DNA of 64,000 nucleotides from Candidatus Onthousia faecipullorum (GTDB lineage Bacteria; Bacillota_I; Bacilli_A; RF39; UBA660): NCBI GenBank assembly GCA_018715925.1, contig DVKQ01000008.1, positions 1,562 to 65,561 of the forward strand, read 5' to 3'. Shown piece by piece: positions 9,277 to 15,032 of this stretch (position 1 is its first letter; each line of letters starts with the position of its first letter). The notes under the pieces were generated by a model. It saw only the letters and a program-made list of their open reading frames with translations, ran no database searches and was not told where the DNA came from. The position numbers and the translations under genes were made by a program.

Positions 9277-9353
9277 AGTAGATAAATAAGTGAGATGATT
9301 ATGAATAACAAGATAAGGATAATAACAAAGTAAGCTATTTCTCTTTTTGTCAT
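9270..9353 (-). CDS. 27-aa hydrophobic peptide MTKREIAYFVIILILLFIIISLIYLLI (type I toxin-like)
   Basis: SD GAAAGGAG. Paralog of the copy-1 peptide, with at least 7 synonymous codon changes across the shared codons. Confidence 0.45.
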   Translation of the reverse strand: MTKREIAYFVIILILLFIIISLIYLLI

Positions 9354-9438
9354 ACACTCTTTCTCCTTTCTATAAGATTATAAATGTTATAGAAAGCATC
9401 TAATTCCAAATAAATGTATTCATATATAGTATAGCATT

Positions 9439-9470
9439 AAACCCGTATCTTTCATAGTACGGGTTTTCGT
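9439..9470. terminator. hairpin AAACCCGTA...TACGGGTTT, copy 2 (downstream of the cse60-like gene)
   Basis: Identical to 8408-8440. Confidence 0.5.
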
Positions 9471-9499
9471 AAATATATTATTCAGTTATACATTTATTT

Positions 9500-9670
9500 T
9501 TAATAATAAATTATCATAGCAGAAAAACAATATATCTGCTCTTCTCCACTAGGAAAAGAACTAACGGCATATTTAATATCTACAACTTCTCCATCTAAAT
9601 TCCCTAAAAACTCATTCATGGCTTTTTGTAGGTCACTCTCATCTTCATAGTCGAATATTTTTACTTTCAT
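9500..9670 (-). CDS. small 56-aa protein resembling sporulation protein Cse60 (YteV/DUF2758)
   Basis: Manual translation gives MKVKIFDYEDESDLQKAMNEFLGNLDGEVVDIKYAVSSFPSGEEQIYCFSAMIIYY. The KVKLFD...DL...N.FL...DIKY...IY.FSAM pattern matches the Cse60 family from memory. The RBS is weak. It is below the size cutoff of the supplied track. Confidence 0.35.
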   Translation of the reverse strand: MKVKIFDYEDESDLQKAMNEFLGNLDGEVVDIKYAVSSFPSGEEQIYCFSAMIIYY

Positions 9671-9707
9671 ATAGTCACAACCTTTCTACTATATTTTAAA
9701 ACACTTT

Positions 9708-9726
9708 TTCCACAAAAATTGTGGAA
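9708..9726. repeat. palindromic element TTCCACAA-AAA-TTGTGGAA, copy A
   Basis: Perfect 8-3-8 palindrome. Related copies occur at 14971, 39156 and 45544. Confidence 0.6.
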
Positions 9727-9729
9727 AAA

Positions 9730-9772
9730 GCAAAGGTGGTGTTTGTAATTCTCTTTGCTTTTTTATTTTTTT
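9730..9772. terminator. bidirectional hairpin terminator GCAAAG...CTTTGC with a T-run (end of the ABC/GNAT-methyltransferase operon)
   Basis: 7-bp stem with a 15-nt loop, T-tracts on both strands, directly after the stop at 9763. Confidence 0.5.
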
Positions 9773-10716
9773 CTACCTATATATAATACATGACTACTAT
9801 AGCCTGCTAAATCTTTTCTCTCACAACTTTTATAATGGTAATCTAGCCATACTTTAAACTCTTCATCACTTAAATCATTTACATAGTCACGTAAAATAGT
9901 ACTTAGTCCATCAGTTGCGACAGTTGTAACATAATCTAATGGGTATTCCTTTATTAGTTCATTAAAATCTTCAATATTAAATGTTGTAAATATTTCTTCT
10001 TTCTTATCATAGAATTTATAATTTTTATCAAATAATCCTTTATCTAATAAATGATGTTTTTTTAGTGCATAACTTAGCATTACAGAATCATTTGTTAGAT
10101 ACGCAATGTATAAATATCCACCATGTTTAGTTACTCTTACTGCTTCTTCCATTGCTTTTTTCTTATCACTTTCTGTATATAAATGATATAGTGGCCCTAA
10201 TACTAGAGTCATATCAAAACTATTATCTTCATAGCAACTTAGATCTAAAGCTATACCTTCAGTTACTTTAATGTTCATATCATCTGTTATTTTACTTTTT
10301 AAAATATCAATATTTTCTTTAACTAGTTCAAGTGCGGATACTTGATATCTCTTTTTAGCATAGTATATTGAATAAGCACCTGTTCCTGCTCCAACTTCTA
10401 ATATTTTATCATTATCTTTTAAAAATTTATTAATATATCTAGTTGTAGTTAAGAACTCTACTTGATGGGCTTTATCTTCTTTTAATCTTTTATCTTCTGC
10501 ACCAGTACTATAAAATTCTTTTAATATTTTGTATTTGTCATCATCTCTTACCATTTTTTCAAATCCATATTTAATAATCGCTTCCATAGCTTCTGTTCCA
10601 TAATGCTGATTTTGCTTACTTGCTGTTATGCAAATTCCTACTTCTCCAATTCTTTTATCATTAATATGCATTATTTCAACATTTCCGATATATTCTTCAG
10701 TATTTTTTTCAATCAT
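9763..10716 (-). CDS. class I SAM-dependent methyltransferase with an N-terminal GNAT-like segment (3' part of an interrupted GNAT-methyltransferase fusion)
   Basis: SAM motif LEVGAGTG and the post-motif regions. The N-terminal residues (IGEVGICITASKQNQHYGTEAMEAIIKYGFE) look like GNAT motif A/B. The frame continues upstream through an in-frame TAA at 10786-10788 into a GNAT N-terminal fragment. Confidence 0.6.
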   Translation of the reverse strand: MIEKNTEEYIGNVEIMHINDKRIGEVGICITASKQNQHYGTEAMEAIIKYGFEKMVRDDDKYKILKEFYSTGAEDKRLKEDKAHQVEFLTTTRYINKFLKDNDKILEVGAGTGAYSIYYAKKRYQVSALELVKENIDILKSKITDDMNIKVTEGIALDLSCYEDNSFDMTLVLGPLYHLYTESDKKKAMEEAVRVTKHGGYLYIAYLTNDSVMLSYALKKHHLLDKGLFDKNYKFYDKKEEIFTTFNIEDFNELIKEYPLDYVTTVATDGLSTILRDYVNDLSDEEFKVWLDYHYKSCERKDLAGYSSHVLYIGRKK

Positions 10717-10788
10717 AGAAAAGATTATTGCATTTTCTCTTAAGTTTGACTCTACCCATTTTAATTCATCTTCATAGGTGAAAGTTTA

Positions 10789-10917
10789 TGGGTTATGACT
10801 TATTTTATTTGCTATTTCTATATCATTTATCATCTCTAAATAATCTTCAATTAAATCTTTAGTTATTTTTATATAATAAATTCTTTCTGATTCAAAAATT
10901 TTTTCATATTTGTTCAT
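10789..10917 (-). pseudogene. GNAT N-terminal fragment (43 codons) ending at an in-frame TAA, in the same frame as the downstream methyltransferase ORF
   Basis: GGAGGA RBS then ATG at 10915-10917. Translation MNKYEKIFESERIYYIKITKDLIEDYLEMINDIEIANKISHNP*. The same frame then continues TFTYEDELKWVESNLRENAIIFSMIEKN... The RBS overlaps the stop of the upstream permease. Confidence 0.45.
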
Positions 10918-10927
10918 ATTATCCTCC

Positions 10928-11722
10928 TCATATTCTTGCTGTCATTAAATTGCTTGATGAATATCTTTTTAAGCCTTTATAAAATACTAATATTGCTAGT
11001 CCAGTTAATAAAATAGTTACTAGTATAAATATTAAGCTTAAGCCTAAACTAAATTCACTTAAAATATGTACTGGAATATAATTTATAATTCCTACTGGTA
11101 TCAAAGTAAATAATAATATCTTTACAAGTCCTTTGAAGATTCCATCAGGATAAGTTGCAAAGTTTGTCATTAAACTATTTCCCGTATCTGCAACAATATC
11201 TGTTTTTTGAAACCAAAAACTTAGGCTAGATAGAATAATAGATATAGATGTTAACATGATTCCTCCACCTAGACAGAAAATTGTAAATAATATAAATCTT
11301 GGTATCGTAAATCCATAAATTAATAACATAATATAGGCATATAAAATATCTCCTATAGCTGAGACTTGAACTTCTGATGTAATTACTGATAATAACACAT
11401 TTTTAGGTTGTACTAAATAAGCATCTAATTTACCATTATTTATTGTATCAGATAAAGAGAAAGCTTTTTGAAAGAAAAACCTTGAAACACCATAAGTTCC
11501 TGCTGCTAATCCCCATAACAGTAATACTTGATCAAAGGTGTAGCCACCTACGTTTCCCTGTAATGAATATAAAATTATCCATTGAATAATAAATGAGGCA
11601 TTATTTAATATCATGAATATAATGTTTGTAATAAATGTTGTTTTATTTAACATTTCTCTTAATAATGCATATTTAATTGATAAGAATGATACTTTTATTT
11701 GATTTTTAACCGCCATTAACAT
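10928..11722 (-). CDS. ABC-2 family transporter permease
   Basis: 264-aa protein with 6 TM segments, overlapping the upstream permease by 17 nt. Confidence 0.6.
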   Translation of the reverse strand: MLMAVKNQIKVSFLSIKYALLREMLNKTTFITNIIFMILNNASFIIQWIILYSLQGNVGGYTFDQVLLLWGLAAGTYGVSRFFFQKAFSLSDTINNGKLDAYLVQPKNVLLSVITSEVQVSAIGDILYAYIMLLIYGFTIPRFILFTIFCLGGGIMLTSISIILSSLSFWFQKTDIVADTGNSLMTNFATYPDGIFKGLVKILLFTLIPVGIINYIPVHILSEFSLGLSLIFILVTILLTGLAILVFYKGLKRYSSSNLMTARI

Positions 11723-12497
11723 TTAACCTTTTCACTCCTTTCTGATATAGTAATCTACATAAAATATAAGCAATTATAATATAGATAACTTGAGCTATAA
11801 TAATATGAATACAACTTGTCCAAGAAAAATCTACAAATAATTTTGCTGGTCCATATGAGACAACATAAATAGGACTATAAGTTAAAATTGGTTGTAAAAC
11901 TACTGGAAAATATTCAATTGGAAATATTGTTCCTAAAACTAAAATAAATTTACTATAAACCCAATAAAATGGATTTGCATCTTCAATAAAGAAAGATATT
12001 AAACCTATAAAAATAATTAACAATGTATTAATTACTGTTGCAAATATTGCTGTTATTATTACCATGATACATGATGCTATTGTTAACTTTGGAAAATCTC
12101 CCATAAAAACTAAACCTGTAATGATACCTAAAATTGAAAACATTAAGGCTTTTATTGTACATGATCCTAAGTGACTTGATAAAGCATATCCAATATAACT
12201 ATATGGTTTATTAATATTATAGGCAATATTGCCACCTTTTACGTCGTCACTTATTTTTTTACAAAGCTTTCTACCACCTACAGTCATCCACAATATTTCT
12301 GTAATAATTACATACCAAATCATTTGATTTTTTGTGTAACCATTAATTACTTGAGTTGGATCATCATACATATAATTCCATAAATTTAAAAATATAAAAA
12401 TTAATATTAAATAGCTTATAAACCCTACTAATAAATTAAATATATATTGTAAATTACTCATTACTTCTGATTTATAGATAAACAAATATTTTTTCAT
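11706..12497 (-). CDS. ABC-2 family transporter permease
   Basis: 263-aa polytopic membrane protein overlapping the ATPase gene by 4 nt. Confidence 0.6.
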   Translation of the reverse strand: MKKYLFIYKSEVMSNLQYIFNLLVGFISYLILIFIFLNLWNYMYDDPTQVINGYTKNQMIWYVIITEILWMTVGGRKLCKKISDDVKGGNIAYNINKPYSYIGYALSSHLGSCTIKALMFSILGIITGLVFMGDFPKLTIASCIMVIITAIFATVINTLLIIFIGLISFFIEDANPFYWVYSKFILVLGTIFPIEYFPVVLQPILTYSPIYVVSYGPAKLFVDFSWTSCIHIIIAQVIYIIIAYILCRLLYQKGVKRLNVNGG

Positions 12498-13477
12498 TTT
12501 GTATCTCCATCCTTATAAATACTGCTAATAATATTCTCTAATGGGATATTTGAAATATTAATGTCTATAATATTATCTGGATTTAAAAGTTTTATAGCAT
12601 CAGATACGCTTTTTTTTGTAGTATCAACTTCTATTTTTATATTGTATCCTCTATCTTTTAAAATTGTAAGACCATCTTCACCATCTAAGTTTACTTTTTC
12701 TTTCATTTTAGCTTCTACTATTTTTTTATTTAAATAGTGATATTTTAAATTTTCCATTGTATCATCTAATACTAGACTTCCATTATTAATGATAATTACT
12801 CTTTTACATAACTTTTCAATGTCAGATACATCATGACTTGTTAGAAATACAGTTGTCTTATATTCCTTATTCATTCTTTTTATCAATGTTCTAATATTTT
12901 CTTTTACTACTGGATCTAGTCCTATAGTTGGTTCATCTAAGAATAATATTTTAGGTTCATGGATAAGAGATGCTACTATTTCACAACGTATTCTTTGACC
13001 TAAGCTTAAATTACGAACAGGAGTATTAATAAACTCATCTAATTCAAATAATTCTTTTAACTCTTTTATTTTCTTTTCTATCTTATACTCTGGTATATCA
13101 TAGATAGCTCCAAAAAATTTAAAGTTGTCATAAGGTGTTAGATGTGTCCATAACTGTTCTTTTTGTCCAAAGACTGTACCAATTTCATAAGCTAATTTTT
13201 TTCTATCTTTTTCTGGATTTAATCCTAACACTGAGATTTTTCCTTTATCTGGATATAAAATACTAGTTATCATCTTAATAGTTGTAGATTTACCTGCACC
13301 ATTTGGTCCAATAAAAGCCACCATTTCTCCTTTATCAATGTTAAAACTAACATTTTTTACTGCTTGAACTTTTTTATACTTTGGTTTAATTATTGATTTA
13401 AAACTACCTTTTAAGCCTTTTTCTTTTAATTTCACTTTAAATGTTTTCGATATATTTTTAACTTCTATTACTGCCAT
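12494..13477 (-). CDS. ABC transporter ATP-binding protein
   Basis: Walker A GPNGAGKST, signature LSLGQR, Walker B LFLDEPT. Start trimmed to ATG GCA (MAVIEVKNISK). Confidence 0.85.
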   Translation of the reverse strand: MAVIEVKNISKTFKVKLKEKGLKGSFKSIIKPKYKKVQAVKNVSFNIDKGEMVAFIGPNGAGKSTTIKMITSILYPDKGKISVLGLNPEKDRKKLAYEIGTVFGQKEQLWTHLTPYDNFKFFGAIYDIPEYKIEKKIKELKELFELDEFINTPVRNLSLGQRIRCEIVASLIHEPKILFLDEPTIGLDPVVKENIRTLIKRMNKEYKTTVFLTSHDVSDIEKLCKRVIIINNGSLVLDDTMENLKYHYLNKKIVEAKMKEKVNLDGEDGLTILKDRGYNIKIEVDTTKKSVSDAIKLLNPDNIIDINISNIPLENIISSIYKDGDTK

Positions 13478-13524
13478 AATAATCACATCCTCTTATTTTT
13501 ATTTAGTATATCATGCTTTTAAAA

Positions 13525-13566
13525 TAGAAAAAAGCACGGAATAACACTTTTATAGTGACTCCGTGC
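13525..13566 (-). terminator. rho-independent terminator downstream of the GNAT gene
   Basis: Hairpin GCACGGA...TCCGTGC followed by UUUUUUC on the minus strand. Confidence 0.55.
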
Positions 13567-13620
13567 TTAACGTGTAGGATTATCTCCCTGTGTAGCTCGT
13601 ATTATAATACTTATACACAC

Positions 13621-14232
13621 TCACTCATACTTTTTATTTGATAGTTTTTCTTCTCTACTAATCATAGGTTCATAAATCTCTCTATACTTATTAATCGCTT
13701 CATTAACATTAATGATGTAGTCTTGAACTAGGCAATGATATTCTTTGTCTTCATAATATTCTCTTACTAAGACACCACCTAAGGCTTGCAGTGTTTTAGC
13801 AGAACCTAAATTATCTTTATTACAGTCTAATAAAACTTCATCAATGCCATGCTCTTGACAAAATAGTAGCCCTAAATATAAATTTACTTTGTTATAACCT
13901 TTTCTTCTTTCAGTAGGTCTAATACTATAACCAATATGGCCTCCAAATTCTTTTAAATGTTCATTTAAAACCAATCTGATATTTATCATACCTACTATTT
14001 TATCATCACTTTCTCTAACAAGAAATAAAGTTTCAGCTGGTACTTTTTCTTCGCTTGGAACAGTATTTCTGACTTCTTCTAAATGTTCTAACCAACCATC
14101 ATAGTTATCTAAATATCTGTGTAAGCTACCACTTCCATTTATTTGGCTACCATACTCTTTAAATTCATTTATATAATCTAACGCTTTTTCTTTATATTCT
14201 TTACTAGGTATTACGTGTTTTAATTTCTCCAT
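13621..14232 (-). CDS. GNAT-family N-acetyltransferase
   Basis: Motif A-like HIGYSIRPTERRKGY and the downstream LLDCNKDNLGSAKTLQALGG region. Confidence 0.7.
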   Translation of the reverse strand: MEKLKHVIPSKEYKEKALDYINEFKEYGSQINGSGSLHRYLDNYDGWLEHLEEVRNTVPSEEKVPAETLFLVRESDDKIVGMINIRLVLNEHLKEFGGHIGYSIRPTERRKGYNKVNLYLGLLFCQEHGIDEVLLDCNKDNLGSAKTLQALGGVLVREYYEDKEYHCLVQDYIINVNEAINKYREIYEPMISREEKLSNKKYE

Positions 14233-14248
14233 AACTTTCTCCTTCTTA

Positions 14249-14791
14249 CTATTTTAATATAAGTTTTTGGTCACTAATATCATTCATGTTATTTAACTTT
14301 TTAACTTTTGTTCTTCCATAATCATAAGAATATTCATTTAAATAGTAGTCTGCTATACGAAAAGCTGCAGTTCCATAAGTAATATCTTTATCACAGTATA
14401 TTTTTTCTGCTAAAGATGTATCTGTTCTTGTTTCATCGATATCTTTTATAACACCTTCTATATAAGAATGAAAAGTTTTACAACCTATTTCTTTGTCTTC
14501 ACTTGCAATCTGTTTATAGATTTCATCATAACCATCATTAAGTCTTGCTATTAGTTTTCTTCTTTTATTATTAGATGTTATTTCTCCTTCATTAATAATA
14601 TTGCAAACTTTAACAATTACGTCTTTATAAAGATATGTACCTAACTGAGACATTGGAAAACCTAATTTCTCTAAAATAGATAATATTTCAACTTCGTTTT
14701 TTTGTAACTCTGTTAAAACATATGGCATTCCTTTCTTTAAACTATCATATAGATTCTTTTCTTCCTTTGCACTGTAAACTGCATAATCCAT
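14249..14791 (-). CDS. hypothetical protein (180 aa)
   Basis: Start trimmed to the ATG at 14789-14791, which has a GGAGG RBS. The longer track ORF would start at TTG inside the leader hairpins. Confidence 0.55.
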   Translation of the reverse strand: MDYAVYSAKEEKNLYDSLKKGMPYVLTELQKNEVEILSILEKLGFPMSQLGTYLYKDVIVKVCNIINEGEITSNNKRRKLIARLNDGYDEIYKQIASEDKEIGCKTFHSYIEGVIKDIDETRTDTSLAEKIYCDKDITYGTAAFRIADYYLNEYSYDYGRTKVKKLNNMNDISDQKLILK

Positions 14792-14799
14792 TTTATTTT

Positions 14800-14940
14800 C
14801 CTCCTTTTTATTCGTGGTTAGAAAAAAGCCACGAACTATTATTATTCGTGACTCCAAAATACTTTGTGTAGGCTTTTAAACCCGAGATAGCTCAAATAAA
14901 TGCTTATATCTCCTCACTTGGTATAGTATTATATATATTT
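14800..14940 (-). promoter_or_regulatory. promoter (TTGACA-16-TATAAT) plus a ~130-nt leader with mutually exclusive hairpins (terminator CACGAA..TTCGTG+U6 versus upstream alternative TTCGTGG..CCACGAA)
   Basis: Read on the minus strand. The -35/-10 boxes lie around 14905-14940. Three segments at 14811-14817, 14829-14835 and 14845-14850 can pair alternately. Confidence 0.3.
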
Positions 14941-14970
14941 TATTCTGTTTGTCAAGTGGTTTTTGTAATT

Positions 14971-14989
14971 TTCCACAAAAATTGTTGAA
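14971..14989. repeat. palindromic element TTCCACAA-AAA-TTGTTGAA, copy B (one mismatch)
   Basis: The same element as 9708-9726, with the same adjacent hairpin, but the hairpin loop is inverted. Confidence 0.55.
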
Positions 14990-15022
14990 AAAAGCAAAGA
15001 GAATTATAAACACCACCTTTGC
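14987..15022 (-). terminator. leuS terminator hairpin GCAAAGAG...CCTTTGC plus U-run
   Basis: Immediately downstream of the leuS stop at 15033, with TTTTTT on the minus strand. Confidence 0.5.
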
Positions 15023-15032
15023 TTGTTTAAAA

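Larger units (their letters stand above)
9122..9499. repeat. copy 2 of the duplicated module
   Basis: See copy 1. Confidence 0.8.

Noticed and set aside
8095-9499. Duplicated module considered as an IS element or MITE
   Set aside because: No transposase ORF. No terminal inverted repeats at the module ends. No target-site duplication visible. The internal promoters, SD and ORF are organised like an expression unit, not a transposon.
14793-14857. N-terminal extension of the 180-aa gene (track ORF starts at 14857)
   Set aside because: It would start with TTG, has no RBS, and would be translated through the leader terminator hairpins. The ATG at 14791 has a perfect GGAGG RBS.
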